A program made the translations under genes and the position numbers. The notes below the pieces were generated by a model that searched no databases, was not told the origin of the DNA, and worked only from the letters and a program-made list of their open reading frames with translations. From Aulosira sp. ZfuVER01 (GTDB lineage Bacteria > Cyanobacteriota > Cyanobacteriia > Cyanobacteriales > Nostocaceae), in assembly GCA_034530615.2 (NCBI GenBank), contig JAVRCV020000019.1:71416-135415 (forward strand): DNA of 64,000 nt. The letters are read 5' to 3'. Shown in pieces: positions 1-10,743 of the stretch. How positions within the stretch are numbered: position 1 is the first letter of the stretch; the number at the start of each line of letters is the position of its first letter.

Positions 1-187
1 TACACCGTTTTTAGAACGTGTAAAAATTTAAACACGATATAAAAAATCTTTAGGTTATAAAATATACCAGTAAAACCCTTGCCCAACAAGGGTTTCAATA
101 TATTGAAAGTTGAGTTAATTATGTGCAGCTAATTTATACTGTGTTGGCATCCCATAATGTTGCAGTGGGGCACTGAGTAAAATAGCC

Positions 188-775
188 ATGTTGTCCAATT
201 TAGATTTGATGCGAGTCTTTGTTTATAGCTCCATCCAGAAACAAGAAGTCTTACTGTCAAACCCTTTTTTGACAGCGCAAACAGTATATAAAAGTAACCA
301 AGTAATAGCCAAAATAGAAGGTGTCATTGCTACTTCAGAACTCACTGACACGGTATCATTATTTTCTATTAATGCAACTTCATCCTATTGGGATGTGATG
401 AATGAGGTATTGGCTGACTATAGCTATATTCTCACAGGCGAAATCGATCGTCGGGGTTTTTATGAGTATCGCTACTGCCAAGTACCTAATGGTTATAAAA
501 TGCATGGCACCAAATCGGTCTACCTATGGCGAGCCTGGTGGAAATATCGTAAATATTCTTTACAATTGGGAATTCCATTAGAACTGCTGATCCGCACACG
601 AGATGCATGGTATCCCATCAGAGATTTAACTATTAGTGACGGACTTCTCTATATTAAAACCCTAGGGAATGAGATAGCAGTACACGCAGATGACCTAGTA
701 ACTTGGTTAAGCAAAACTCAGCCAAATTCAAACAATACAACCTCCACTGCAATTCGTGAGAAAAAGCTAGAGTAA
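188..775 (+). CDS. hypothetical protein (195 aa)
   Basis: Clean ATG-started ORF; no motif recognised. Confidence 0.7.
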   Translation: MLSNLDLMRVFVYSSIQKQEVLLSNPFLTAQTVYKSNQVIAKIEGVIATSELTDTVSLFSINATSSYWDVMNEVLADYSYILTGEIDRRGFYEYRYCQVPNGYKMHGTKSVYLWRAWWKYRKYSLQLGIPLELLIRTRDAWYPIRDLTISDGLLYIKTLGNEIAVHADDLVTWLSKTQPNSNNTTSTAIREKKLE

Positions 776-991
776 TACCAATTCAAAATTCAAAATTAAG
801 AATCCAGACAGGACAATGGTTTGGGGCTGTGTATCTGTCGCATTCTTTTTTAAATAAGTACAATTTTATACTTAACTATTGTTTTGTACTGTTCCATATC
901 AGTAATTTTTGCTAACTCAAATGTAAAATGATAGCTGCTACTGCTTTTTAGTTAGAGCATTACCCGTCCTGAATCTTATTGGTCAAATACA

Positions 992-1945
992 ATGAAAGGA
1001 CTCTGGCTCGAAAACAACCAATTACAATTACGCACAGACATACCAACGCCGGAACCACCACCAGGAGAAGCCCTTGTGCGTGTTCTACGTGCAGGGATTT
1101 GTAATACTGACTTAGAACTGCTCAGAGGCTACTATCCTTACAGTGGTATTTTAGGACATGAGTTTGTTGGTGTTGTTGAACAAGGGCCAGAAAACCTACT
1201 TAACCAGCGGGTAGTGGGAGAAATTAATGCTGTTTGCGGACATTGTCGATTTTGCCTTAGCAGCCAATCAACTCACTGTGAAAACCGCACTGTACTTGGT
1301 ATAGTTAATCGCTACGGAGCTTTTGCTGAATATCTATGTTTGCCAATAGCAAACTTACATCCTGTACCTGAGAATGTACCAACAGACGTAGCAACATTTA
1401 CTGAACCCATAGCAGCAGCTTTAGAAATTCAGCAACAAGTGAAGTTAGGTACTAATGACCGAGTGCTGGTTGTGGGAGATGGTAAGCTGGGACAGCTAGT
1501 GGCACAGACAATAGCTCTGACAGGCTGCGAACTTTTGGTAGTGGGGCGTCATCAAGATAAACTCGCTAACCTAGAAGCACGTGGCATTAAAACGAGTTTA
1601 GCCGACGCTGTGACAGATAGATTTTTCGATATATCAGTAGAGTGTACTGGTAATCCAGAAGGATTTGCGATCGCCCGCCGCGCCTTACGTCCTAGGGGTA
1701 CATTGGTACTTAAAAGTACTTATGCTGGAAACCTCAGTTTAGATGCATCTTCTTTGGTAGTAGATGAAATAACTCTAATTGGTTCCCGTTGTGGCCCCTT
1801 TGCTCCTGCACTCCAATTGCTAGCAACAGGACAAGTGGATGTACAACCCCTAATTCATGCTCGCTATCACCTCAGCGAAGGGCTTGAAGCATTTAAATAT
1901 GCTCAGAGTCGAGGTGTTTTAAAAGTTTTGTTAGAAATTAGTTAA
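992..1945 (+). CDS. Zn-dependent alcohol dehydrogenase-like (MDR family) protein
   Basis: GICNTD catalytic Zn motif, GHE, CGHCRFC...C structural Zn cluster, GDGKLG Rossmann motif. Confidence 0.9.
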   Translation: MKGLWLENNQLQLRTDIPTPEPPPGEALVRVLRAGICNTDLELLRGYYPYSGILGHEFVGVVEQGPENLLNQRVVGEINAVCGHCRFCLSSQSTHCENRTVLGIVNRYGAFAEYLCLPIANLHPVPENVPTDVATFTEPIAAALEIQQQVKLGTNDRVLVVGDGKLGQLVAQTIALTGCELLVVGRHQDKLANLEARGIKTSLADAVTDRFFDISVECTGNPEGFAIARRALRPRGTLVLKSTYAGNLSLDASSLVVDEITLIGSRCGPFAPALQLLATGQVDVQPLIHARYHLSEGLEAFKYAQSRGVLKVLLEIS

Positions 1946-2041
1946 TTGTCAGTTGTCATGGCTCAATAGTCCAAAGTCAATAGCCAATAGTCAATAGTCA
2001 TTCGTTATTTCCCCCTTGTCCCCCTTTCCCCTCTCATCTGT

Positions 2042-2329
2042 TTAGTAATACATGGGGTTGGTTTTCGGTTGATAATCAGAACAATTGATAGCTTCTTCTG
2101 TATTTGCTAAAGAAGGATGTACGGTGCATTTCAGGCGGTAATCGTCAGTAAAAAATTGGCAACCAGTACAAGGAATTTGATGCATTTGCTTGGCTTTACT
2201 GACACTATCTCGCGCCGCTGACCATAGACTCCAAGCGCCAAGAATGATGACAGACCAAGCAACAACAAAGCAAATAGGGACTAAAAGAAGTTGAATCCCA
2301 TAAATCAGGGTAGATGTTAGTTCTAACAC
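2042..2329 (-). CDS. small membrane protein with C-terminal Cys cluster
   Basis: N-terminal hydrophobic helix; CTGC...CTVHP...CSDY motif; non-ATG start so start is uncertain. Confidence 0.7.
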   Translation of the reverse strand: MLELTSTLIYGIQLLLVPICFVVAWSVIILGAWSLWSAARDSVSKAKQMHQIPCTGCQFFTDDYRLKCTVHPSLANTEEAINCSDYQPKTNPMYY

Positions 2330-2420
2330 GGCTATTTTTGATAGTAATTAAAAATTAGGAGTTAGAAGTAATCTTAACTCCTAACCCCTAACTGTTAACT
2401 TCTGGCTGAGGAAGTATAAC

Positions 2421-3461
2421 TTAAATTCCTGCATGACCTAATGCTAAACCAGCCACGAGCATTCCCAGGACTAGGAATGGTTGAGCGCTTGCTTGGTACT
2501 TCACGTCATTCTTTAAGGGATCGCGCAGGAAATACATATCTTGAAAGGTGATTTGCGGCAGGATTAACAGTACGAGAATTGCTGCGTACAAATTCTCATG
2601 GATAGTAACTAGATAGGCAGCTATTAATCCCTGAAATAAATCAATCATCACTACACATATCCAGGCCGCAGTGGTAACACCAAACATTACAGGTAGTGAT
2701 TGTAATCCTAGTTGGCGATCGCCTTCTACACTTTTGAAGTCATTGACAATGGCAATGCCTAATCCAGCCAAGCTGTAAATTAGGGTGAGAACCATAATTT
2801 TCCAATTTAGTTCTCCAAACAAAGCATGACCTGCCCACCAAGGTAAAGCAATATAGCTGGCTCCCAAGGCATAATTTCCTAACCAGCCGTTTTGCTTCAG
2901 TTTCAGTGGTGGTGCTGAATATATGAAGGCAATAAAAGTACCAAATATTGCCAGTACTGTGACATTGGGGAAGTCATGACCAGCCCATAAATCCAGTACA
3001 AAGGCTAAGGCAATACCTGAAAGAAATAATACAACAATTTGCGTAACTACCTGGGGTACAGAAATTGCGCCAGAGGGAATAGGACGGTAAGGTTCATTGA
3101 TGGCATCAATTTCGCGATCGTAGAAATCATTCAAGGTTTGGGTGTAACCCGTCAGTAGCGGCCCTGAAAGCAACATACAAGCTGCTGCCTTCAACACATT
3201 TTCTAGTGTCCAAGTATAGTTCCCAGACGAAGCCGCACCGCAGACTACGCCCCAAATTAGGGGAATCCAGGTGATCGGCTTCATCAGTTGCAACCGGATT
3301 TTCCAAATAGAGGTTTCTCCCGGTGCTGCGCCTTTCATCCCCAGTAGTTGCCTAGTTTTAGCACTGCGATCGGCAACTGCTGTGATTTCTTCACTGGTAT
3401 TAACTGCGTCTAGTGCTTCCGCTGAGTTGGAATTGGGGGTAATGGGAGATGAATCAGACAT
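2421..3461 (-). CDS. chlG: chlorophyll synthase
   Basis: UbiA prenyltransferase motif NDFYDREIDAINEPYRPIPSG; RQLLGMKGA and KYQASAQPF segments typical of ChlG. Confidence 0.97.
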   Translation of the reverse strand: MSDSSPITPNSNSAEALDAVNTSEEITAVADRSAKTRQLLGMKGAAPGETSIWKIRLQLMKPITWIPLIWGVVCGAASSGNYTWTLENVLKAAACMLLSGPLLTGYTQTLNDFYDREIDAINEPYRPIPSGAISVPQVVTQIVVLFLSGIALAFVLDLWAGHDFPNVTVLAIFGTFIAFIYSAPPLKLKQNGWLGNYALGASYIALPWWAGHALFGELNWKIMVLTLIYSLAGLGIAIVNDFKSVEGDRQLGLQSLPVMFGVTTAAWICVVMIDLFQGLIAAYLVTIHENLYAAILVLLILPQITFQDMYFLRDPLKNDVKYQASAQPFLVLGMLVAGLALGHAGI

Positions 3462-3476
3462 AAGAAATACTTATGA

Positions 3477-3545
3477 ATTGGGCATTGGGCATAAGGATTG
3501 GGGCATTGGGCATTGGGCATTGGGCATTGGGCATTGGGCATTGGG
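3477..3545. repeat. STRR-type heptamer tandem repeat (GGGCATT)n
   Basis: Directly visible tandem GGGCATT units in the intergenic region. Confidence 0.9.
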
Positions 3546-3632
3546 TGGTTGGGGTATTTTCTCCCCTGCTTCCCCTGCTCCCTATCTCCCTTGTCCTCTC
3601 TGTCCCATTCCCCAACCCTCCTTACCTATGAT

Positions 3633-4733
3633 TTAAAACGAAATTATCAAATAACTATTCTGAAACTTGGCCCCAGTAATGGGTTTGCCACTCAAAGAGG
3701 GGGGTAGGGAAATATTACGCCGCTGGTCTCCGGCTTCGACTGTCACTTCTGGCCCGTACTGGGTAAGTTTGACTTGCTTTTTGTCAAATCCAGGCAAGAA
3801 TAAGCGTACCTGACGATTGTGGATATCTATTTCAATGGGTTTGGGAGCTTGTAGTGATTGCTGTGCAAAGTTGGGTAGGGCATCTATTAACGATTGCCAC
3901 TCACCAATTGGTGCATCAGGAACCACACTTACAGGTAAAGGACTAAATTCCTCTGCTAGATTGTGGTGGGTTTGGGAAGAGACCAGGATAACGCCGCCAA
4001 CTGTAATACCGACTTGCTGCGCGCTACCCCACAAATAACGGGTGCTTGCTACCTCAATTGGTTCTGGAGTAGTTACCAAAAAGGCAGCAACGCGCTGGGG
4101 GTCGGCCAGGGCAGCTTTACCCTTTTCTAGGAAATTATTGACTTGATTAGTAGGTTGAGCGAAGTTATCTGCTGTCCAATTGAAATTGAACAAAGTGCTA
4201 ATCAGCGGTTGAATCAAAGGCGATTCTGCAATTGTTTTCCCCAAATCGGAGTTAACAAATAATTGCCGAAAGCGCCGCACATACCAACTCAATGACTCTG
4301 GCAATCCCAACATTCGCAATGTAGAAGCTTCACCTGTGCCATCGTAGACGATCGCATCATATTTGCCGCTGGCATCATATTCACGGATTGCATTGAGGGC
4401 AAGGGCGCTGTCCATCCCCGGCAATACCACCAATTCTTCACCATAAACGTCTTTAACGATTGGTGTGCGGAGGTATTGTGCCTCAAGTTTTTTGACTTCA
4501 TCCCAGTTGCGCTCTAGTAGTACAGATGCTTGAAACTGTACTACTTGTAAATTAGGAGCAATTTCTTGGGGGTCGCAAGTTAGGGTGGTATTTAGCAGGA
4601 TGGGTAATGCTGGTTCAGCAAGTCCTGCTAGAAGTACACGCTTGCCTTGGCTAGCTAATAGCTTGGCAGATGCGATCGCAATTTTGGTACGAGCAGTGCC
4701 GCCTTTGCCCAAAAATGTCAATATCAGAGTCAT
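3633..4733 (-). CDS. ArsA/Get3-like ATPase with C-terminal HSP20-like domain
   Basis: Degenerate P-loop LGKGGT, PGMD segment, C-terminal VEAGDQRRNI; start placed at ATG 4733 (MTLILTFL). Confidence 0.88.
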   Translation of the reverse strand: MTLILTFLGKGGTARTKIAIASAKLLASQGKRVLLAGLAEPALPILLNTTLTCDPQEIAPNLQVVQFQASVLLERNWDEVKKLEAQYLRTPIVKDVYGEELVVLPGMDSALALNAIREYDASGKYDAIVYDGTGEASTLRMLGLPESLSWYVRRFRQLFVNSDLGKTIAESPLIQPLISTLFNFNWTADNFAQPTNQVNNFLEKGKAALADPQRVAAFLVTTPEPIEVASTRYLWGSAQQVGITVGGVILVSSQTHHNLAEEFSPLPVSVVPDAPIGEWQSLIDALPNFAQQSLQAPKPIEIDIHNRQVRLFLPGFDKKQVKLTQYGPEVTVEAGDQRRNISLPPSLSGKPITGAKFQNSYLIISF

Positions 4734-4804
4734 TACTTGATTTCCAGTTACCGCCGATGTTGTCAATTCCAACTTAGCACTCGGCAAATCCTCTCAGCTT
4801 CCGC

Positions 4805-4999
4805 CTACTGTACGAGTTTAAGTTCATCTTCAAAAAACCAAGTGGAGAATTTATCATCAAATTGCACCACTACACCAACACCGCTACCATCCGTCATTTT
4901 GTAGCCGAGGATAGTGCCAACTTGTCCTAATCTTTTGACAACAGGGGGAGATACGCGATCGCGCAAACGATAAACCTTAACCTTCTGTCCGATTTCCAT
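4805..4999 (-). CDS. petP: cytochrome b6f subunit PetP (DUF2862)
   Basis: MEIGQKVKVYRLRDRV...KMTDGSGVG...TWFFEDEL matches recalled PetP; start placed at second Met. Confidence 0.85.
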   Translation of the reverse strand: MEIGQKVKVYRLRDRVSPPVVKRLGQVGTILGYKMTDGSGVGVVVQFDDKFSTWFFEDELKLVQ

Positions 5000-5174
5000 G
5001 CCTAGATACAATGCAATAAACCAAGTCTCAGTTTAGCTGAATCCGTGACTCAGCTGTAACACATTTGCGATGATGGAAATGAGGAAAAAAGACAAGGAGA
5101 CGGGAGGACTCCGAGACACGGAGATAAATGACAATTAACTAAGAAACTCACTTTGTAATTGAAAACGAGCAACC

Positions 5175-5930
5175 ATGTACGATCAAAATCCGCCTCGCCC
5201 ACCTCAAGAAACCATGCCAACGATGCATGATTTACCTAGTGAATTAATAGGGGAATCAGGCTTGCCGGACGAATTTCACTGTATTCAAGCTGATTTATTA
5301 ACTGAAACTTGCCAACCTCCCAACTATTTATCTGAGGAAATTTTACTTGCCAGTGATTTGAACCTTTACTACGATCCTCGCCATACTTTATGGTACAAGC
5401 GACCTGATTGGTACATGGTTTTGGGAGTAGCTAGTGCTAGCCAACAGCAAGACTTATGCTTAAGTTATGTCATTTGGCAAGAGGGAATCGATCCATTTTT
5501 AGTAGTTGAATTACTGTCACCAGGTACAGAGCAAGAAGACTTAGGAAAAACGCTTAGGGAAGTCAATCAGCCCCCAACTAAATGGGAAGTGTATGAACGC
5601 ATTTTGCGGGTTCTTTACTATGTTGTCTATGACCGCTACGAAAATCAACTCCGGATATTTCCACTCATTGGCGCTCATTATGAAGCCGTTTCCCTACCAG
5701 AAAACCGCTTTTGGCTAGAAGAGTTAGAACTGGGATTAGGATTGTGGCAAGGTACTTATCAGCAGATAACAGGTTTATGGTTGCGTTGGTATAATGCACA
5801 GGGTTGGGTGCCGACGCTAGCAGAAAAAGCAGAACAGGAACGGCAACGAGCAGAGCAGGAACGGCAGCGGGCAGAAAGATTGGCAGAGTATGTGCGATCG
5901 CTGGGAGTTGATCCTGATACTTTAAGTTAA
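5175..5930 (+). CDS. Uma2 family endonuclease-fold protein
   Basis: RPDW, VVELLSPGT motifs; C-terminal AEQERQR heptad repeats typical of cyanobacterial Uma2 proteins. Confidence 0.88.
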   Translation: MYDQNPPRPPQETMPTMHDLPSELIGESGLPDEFHCIQADLLTETCQPPNYLSEEILLASDLNLYYDPRHTLWYKRPDWYMVLGVASASQQQDLCLSYVIWQEGIDPFLVVELLSPGTEQEDLGKTLREVNQPPTKWEVYERILRVLYYVVYDRYENQLRIFPLIGAHYEAVSLPENRFWLEELELGLGLWQGTYQQITGLWLRWYNAQGWVPTLAEKAEQERQRAEQERQRAERLAEYVRSLGVDPDTLS

Positions 5931-6361
5931 ATAAAAATGCTTGCTGATAAATTTACAGGTCTCGATATTCAAAGGTTAACTATTCTAAGAACTATATCTA
6001 GCTGGAATTAAAGCTATGAATATAGCACTAATATTTATTGGTAGCGGGTTCTTGGAACTAATTTATAAATTAACTAGTCCTCTTAATTTAAGATGTTCTA
6101 AATGTTTATATGAGGATTGATAATTTTTTAATGCTGATTGGGAATTTTAAATTTTGGCAAAAAACTTGTTTTTTAGTTTTAAATCAACGTCATCGCCATC
6201 TTACTAGTAACAAAAGTTACTTTTTTATAACTAAGATATCGGTATTTTAGCCTGTATTTTACTTATACTAATATGGATTTTGTGTTAGGCTGATGCAACA
6301 AAATATCTCTTATAGTATAAAATGCGCAAATTAGCGGTTTGTGGTGTGAGTGGTTGTTAGG

Positions 6362-7168
6362 ATGACTCTTTTGCTTAAGGATAATTCAACTTGGTTGCCA
6401 GTGCAGCGTTATTGGGAATTGCTGCAAGTTTTGGTATCGCGAACCTTAAAAGTGCGCTATCGGGGTTCCTTCTTGGGGGTTTATTGGTCGTTGTTGAACC
6501 CTTTAATTATGACAGGTTTATATACTGCAATTTTCGGGGCGACTTTTGCATCCTATTATGGCAATTCAATTCTCAATTATATTTTGGCAGCATTTACCGG
6601 GCTGGTGGTCATCAATTTCTTTTCAGCTTCGACCTCTCAAGCATTAGCTAGTGTAGTTAATAATGGTACCCTTTTAAATAAGATTCGTTTGCCTGTGAGC
6701 GTTTTTCCTGTATCAATGGTTGCAGCAAATGTATTTCAGTTTACAGTAGGAGTATTACCTCTACTAGCAGTTATTACTTTAATAAATTCCAAGAGCCTCA
6801 TCAATGTATTCGCACTGCTACTACCATTTTTTGCACTAATTTTAGTTTGTATTGGGGTAGGCTTTTTTGTAAGCGCCTTATATGTATTTTTTAGAGATTT
6901 ACCTTATTTTTATGAGTTAGTTGTCTTCTTTATCTGGATCAGCAGCCCTGTGTTTTATCCAGCAGCTATTGTACCGAAACAAGTTAAGCAATTTTTAGGA
7001 TTGAATCCCTTATCACCGATTATTGAGAGTATCCGTCAACTTACATTATCGGGAACGCTACCAGATTTGAGTTTAATAGGGAGCGCTTTACTCAGCGGTA
7101 TAATCATTATGTCATTAGGCTGGGTTTGTTTTCACTTGTGGCGGCATCAATTTATGGATTTGCTCTAA
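6362..7168 (+). CDS. ABC-2 polysaccharide export permease (Wzm-like)
   Basis: LKVRYRGSFLGVYWSLLNPL, FFRDL, SPVFYP, LNPL motifs; multiple TM helices. Confidence 0.92.
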   Translation: MTLLLKDNSTWLPVQRYWELLQVLVSRTLKVRYRGSFLGVYWSLLNPLIMTGLYTAIFGATFASYYGNSILNYILAAFTGLVVINFFSASTSQALASVVNNGTLLNKIRLPVSVFPVSMVAANVFQFTVGVLPLLAVITLINSKSLINVFALLLPFFALILVCIGVGFFVSALYVFFRDLPYFYELVVFFIWISSPVFYPAAIVPKQVKQFLGLNPLSPIIESIRQLTLSGTLPDLSLIGSALLSGIIIMSLGWVCFHLWRHQFMDLL

Positions 7169-7899
7169 TGGAAGTAATTCGCCTAGATCAAGTTTCGTTG
7201 TGGAGACGAACACAAGAAGAGTTTTCTTACGATCTCAAAAAAACCATTCTCTCTGTTATTGAAGGTAAGTATCGCAAGCCTGCCAAGAAATTAGTTTTAG
7301 ATAAAATTGATTTGGTAGTTGAAACCGGAGAAAAAATAGGTATTATTGGGGCAAATGGCTCTGGTAAATCAACTCTTTTGAAAGTAATTTCTGGGATTCT
7401 GCAACCCACAACCGGATCGGTTAGGGTAAAAGGGCAAATTGCACCATTGATAGAACTAGGAGCAGGGTTCGATGCAGAAATTTCTGTTATGGATAATATT
7501 TTGCTGTACGGTGTCTTATTGGGTTTTTCCAGAGCAGAGATGCAAGCAAGAGCGCAGTCAATTTTAGAATTTGCAGAATTGCAGGATTATAGATTAGTTC
7601 CAGTAAAAGCTTTATCTTCGGGTATGGTAGCGCGGTTGGGGTTTGCGATCGCCACAGATGTACAGCCAGATATTTTAATTCTAGACGAGGTATTGTCTGT
7701 AGGAGATGAAAAATTTAAGAATAAATGTCAGCAGAGAATAGAAAAGTTTTGGAATATAAATGCAACTGTATTAGTAGTATCTCATGATTTAAACTTTATC
7801 CAACAATCATGTCAAAGAGTGATTTGGCTGGAAAGAGGTGTCGTTAAATTTGTTGGTGATGGACATGAAGCAATCAATCTTTATCTGAAATCAAATTAA
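7168..7899 (+). CDS. ABC polysaccharide export ATPase (Wzt-like, no C-terminal carbohydrate-binding domain)
   Basis: Walker A GANGSGKST, LSSGM signature, ILDEVLSVGD; TAATG overlap with upstream stop. Confidence 0.92.
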   Translation: MEVIRLDQVSLWRRTQEEFSYDLKKTILSVIEGKYRKPAKKLVLDKIDLVVETGEKIGIIGANGSGKSTLLKVISGILQPTTGSVRVKGQIAPLIELGAGFDAEISVMDNILLYGVLLGFSRAEMQARAQSILEFAELQDYRLVPVKALSSGMVARLGFAIATDVQPDILILDEVLSVGDEKFKNKCQQRIEKFWNINATVLVVSHDLNFIQQSCQRVIWLERGVVKFVGDGHEAINLYLKSN

Positions 7900-8123
7900 T
7901 TTTGCAATTCCCAAACAAAACAAGGATATTTCAGAAATAAAATAACTCAATATGATTACGTTAATCAGAAAAATAAATTAATATCCTGTTGATTTGCATA
8001 ATTATGGTGGTCAAGATGCTAAAAGTAAAATAATTGAAATATTAATTGAGTTAAAACTGTAATATTCAACAGTTTATTATGTACGATTTTTTATAAAAAA
8101 ATCAATAAAGGAGATTAAATCGA

Positions 8124-9287
8124 ATGAAAATTGTTCAATTTAGTACTTGGAATGTGCCTTGTGGTATTGCTGGATATACAAAAGGATTGGTTCAGGGAAT
8201 GTTAGATAATGGAATTACTTGTGAAGTAATTCCACTAGAAGAAAAAAAAACTAAATATATGACGCGAGAGGAAATTAAAAATTATTTTCAATATTGTTCA
8301 CAGCAGTTAATTAAGTATGATGTCATACACATTCAGCATGAATTTAGTTTTTTTGCAGGTTCTTACGGATACAATGAATCAATTATTAATTTTAACTTTT
8401 TTTTACAAGAGCTATTAAAATCCAATAAACGAGTGTTTGTAACTTTTCATACAGAACCATCTTTTTTACACGATCCTTTTCCTGGAATAATGGGTATGTT
8501 AAAAAAAGGGGTTAAAAATTTTAAGTGGAAATATTATATTACTCCTCTATTTAATTCCAAAAACGCATTAAATGCTGTTGTCCACACAAAAAAGACACGT
8601 CGCATTTTCATAGATAGTGGTTTTAAAGATAAATCAATAAATCTTATAAAACAGGGTGTTACATTATCTGACAATCAAAATATTGATTTTCAAGATAGAA
8701 ATGCTCTCAAAGAAAAGTTAGGATTTCCTGAGAATGCTGTTGTGCTTCTAATGTTTGGATTTATATCAGCATATAAAGGTTATAACACAGCGTTAAATGC
8801 CTTAAAAAGTTTACCTGAAAATTATTATTTGTTAATCATAGGCGAACCACACCCTAATTCAAAAGACACCGCATTGGATAAAATAGTTGGATTTATTAAT
8901 AAACATAAGAGCTTAAAAGAACGTGTAAGATTAACAGGTTATTTAGAACTAGACCAATTAAGAAAATATCAGTATGTAACTGATTTTTGCTTAGTTCCGT
9001 ATGCACCTGATACAATATTATCTTCATCTGCATCTATTACTTGGGCTTTATCGTCTGGAAAACCAGTTATTGCAAGTAAAATAGCATCTTTTGAAGAATT
9101 AAACGAAGATAATGATTGCTTGCATTTATTTACACCTGGCTGTGCTGAAGAATTAGCTTATAAAATTCAAAAATTATATGAAAATCAGGAACTAATTCAA
9201 CAATTAATTACTAATGGGTTAACATATTGTCAGAATAATCAATGGAGCAAAATTGCTAAATCTCATATAGAACTATATGAACAATAA
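8124..9287 (+). CDS. glycosyltransferase family 4
   Basis: CGIAGYT, IHIQHEF, FGFISAYKG, SSGKPVIAS motifs; GGAG RBS upstream; AT-rich. Confidence 0.85.
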   Translation: MKIVQFSTWNVPCGIAGYTKGLVQGMLDNGITCEVIPLEEKKTKYMTREEIKNYFQYCSQQLIKYDVIHIQHEFSFFAGSYGYNESIINFNFFLQELLKSNKRVFVTFHTEPSFLHDPFPGIMGMLKKGVKNFKWKYYITPLFNSKNALNAVVHTKKTRRIFIDSGFKDKSINLIKQGVTLSDNQNIDFQDRNALKEKLGFPENAVVLLMFGFISAYKGYNTALNALKSLPENYYLLIIGEPHPNSKDTALDKIVGFINKHKSLKERVRLTGYLELDQLRKYQYVTDFCLVPYAPDTILSSSASITWALSSGKPVIASKIASFEELNEDNDCLHLFTPGCAEELAYKIQKLYENQELIQQLITNGLTYCQNNQWSKIAKSHIELYEQ

Positions 9288-9339
9288 TTAAGGCTAAGAT
9301 TATAAAATTAGGCTCATAAACAAAGTAAAGTTTTCATAA

Positions 9340-9384
9340 ATGAAAAAAGCTTTAATCATCGGTTTGACCGGACAAGATGCGTAG
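9340..9384 (+). pseudogene. 5' stub of a gmd-like gene (MKKALIIGLTGQDA*)
   Basis: 14 codons nearly matching the N-terminus of the downstream Gmd (KKALITGLTGQDG); the stop codon is supplied by the adjacent palindromic repeat. Confidence 0.8.
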
Positions 9385-9480
9385 GTTGTGTTGTAGTTTG
9401 CTTCCCCGTAGGGGCACGGAGTGAAACCCAACAATTACAAGACTTTGGAGTGTTGGGTTTCGTTCCTCAACCCAACCTAC
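9381..9480. repeat. REP-like palindromic element with a small nested insert
   Basis: Arms GTAGGTTG..GAAACCCAACA / TGTTGGGTTTCGTTCCTCAACCCAACCTAC; extra ~22-nt TAGTTTGCTTCCCCGTAGGGGC in the left arm. Confidence 0.8.
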
Positions 9481-9484
9481 TGGC

Positions 9485-9582
9485 GTGTCTAGGCTAAAAT
9501 GATGCAATAAAAAATATTTTTAGTTGCGCTTTAGCACCTCCCAAAGAATAAATCTAATGCACAACTTTAGGCTAGACAGTCC
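9485..9582. mobile_element. MITE-like element
   Basis: Imperfect terminal inverted repeats TGTCTAGGCTAAA / TTTAGGCTAGACA; no coding capacity. Confidence 0.5.
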
Positions 9583-9709
9583 CCTACGTCCACATCATAT
9601 TTTTTGTGAAATCGTATAAGAATAACTTCTCCATAACTAAAAATAAACAAATAAAATTATCTTGGGCAAGAGCTTTGTCTGAGAACTAAATATAGATGAA
9701 ACATGGAGT

Positions 9710-10675
9710 ATGACAAGAAAAAAAGCACTCATAACTGGCTTAACTGGACAAGATGGCTCTTATCTTGCTGAACTACTACTAACCAAAGGCTATCAAGTAT
9801 TTGGCTTAGTCCGTCGCTCAAGTTCTAGTAATCTTGAGCGTATCAATCACCTTTCTGGAGATATCCACATCCTTTCTGGCGATCTTTTAGATCAATCTTC
9901 TTTAATGGATGTGATTACCGAATCTCAGCCGGATGAAATTTATAACCTCGCCTCCCAAAGCTACGTTCCTCTCTCTTGGACACAACCAGCCCTTACAGCT
10001 GAATACACAGCCCTTGGTGTTTCCCGGCTTCTAGAATCCATCCGTCGTTGTAAGCCAGATGCTAGATTTTATCAAGCGTCAAGTAGTGAAGTTTTCGGTC
10101 AACCGGACGAATCGCCACAAACCGAACGCACCGCTTTTCGTCCCCGTAACCCTTACGGCGTTGCTAAAGCCTACGCTCACTGGATGACTGTCAACTATAG
10201 GCAAAAATATAATCTTTATGCCTGCTGCGGTATCACCTATACTCACGAATCGCCTCGACGCGGCACAGAATTTGTGTTTCGCAAAATTACAAACACAGTA
10301 GCTCAAATCAAACTCGGTCTAGCAAATGAACTAAAATTAGGCAACCTAGATGCCCGTCGTGACTGGTGTTACGCTAAAGATGCGGTTTACGCCATGTGGC
10401 TGATGTTACAGCAAAAGCAACCTGAGGACTACATTATTGCTAGCGGTGAAACCCACTCTGTCAGAGAATTAGTTGAATGTGCATTCAACTGTGTTAGTCT
10501 CAATTGGCAAGACTATGTCTCAGTTGATCCTGCATTCTACCGTCCTGATGAACCTATACAGTTGATTGGTTGCATTGATAAAATTAAAACAGAGATAGGT
10601 TGGCAACCTCAACATTCATTTCAGAAGTTAGTTGAGTTAATGATTGATTCTGATTTGAAAAAATTGAACAGTTAA
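9710..10675 (+). CDS. gmd: GDP-mannose 4,6-dehydratase
   Basis: GLTGQDGSYL, YNLASQS, YQASSSE, YGVAK, HESPRRG, LGNLDARRDW motifs. Confidence 0.92.
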   Translation: MTRKKALITGLTGQDGSYLAELLLTKGYQVFGLVRRSSSSNLERINHLSGDIHILSGDLLDQSSLMDVITESQPDEIYNLASQSYVPLSWTQPALTAEYTALGVSRLLESIRRCKPDARFYQASSSEVFGQPDESPQTERTAFRPRNPYGVAKAYAHWMTVNYRQKYNLYACCGITYTHESPRRGTEFVFRKITNTVAQIKLGLANELKLGNLDARRDWCYAKDAVYAMWLMLQQKQPEDYIIASGETHSVRELVECAFNCVSLNWQDYVSVDPAFYRPDEPIQLIGCIDKIKTEIGWQPQHSFQKLVELMIDSDLKKLNS

Positions 10676-10743
10676 ATTGTCTAGTTTTTTTCAATATACT
10701 TACTTTATACTCTGACAAAGTATACAAAAGTAAAAAACTGCTC

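Noticed and set aside
3271..3707. ORFs encoding GIGHWAL repeats (also 33831-34102, 35184-35607, 46412-46717, 47253-47576)
   Set aside because: Translations of STRR tracts or antisense overlaps with real genes.
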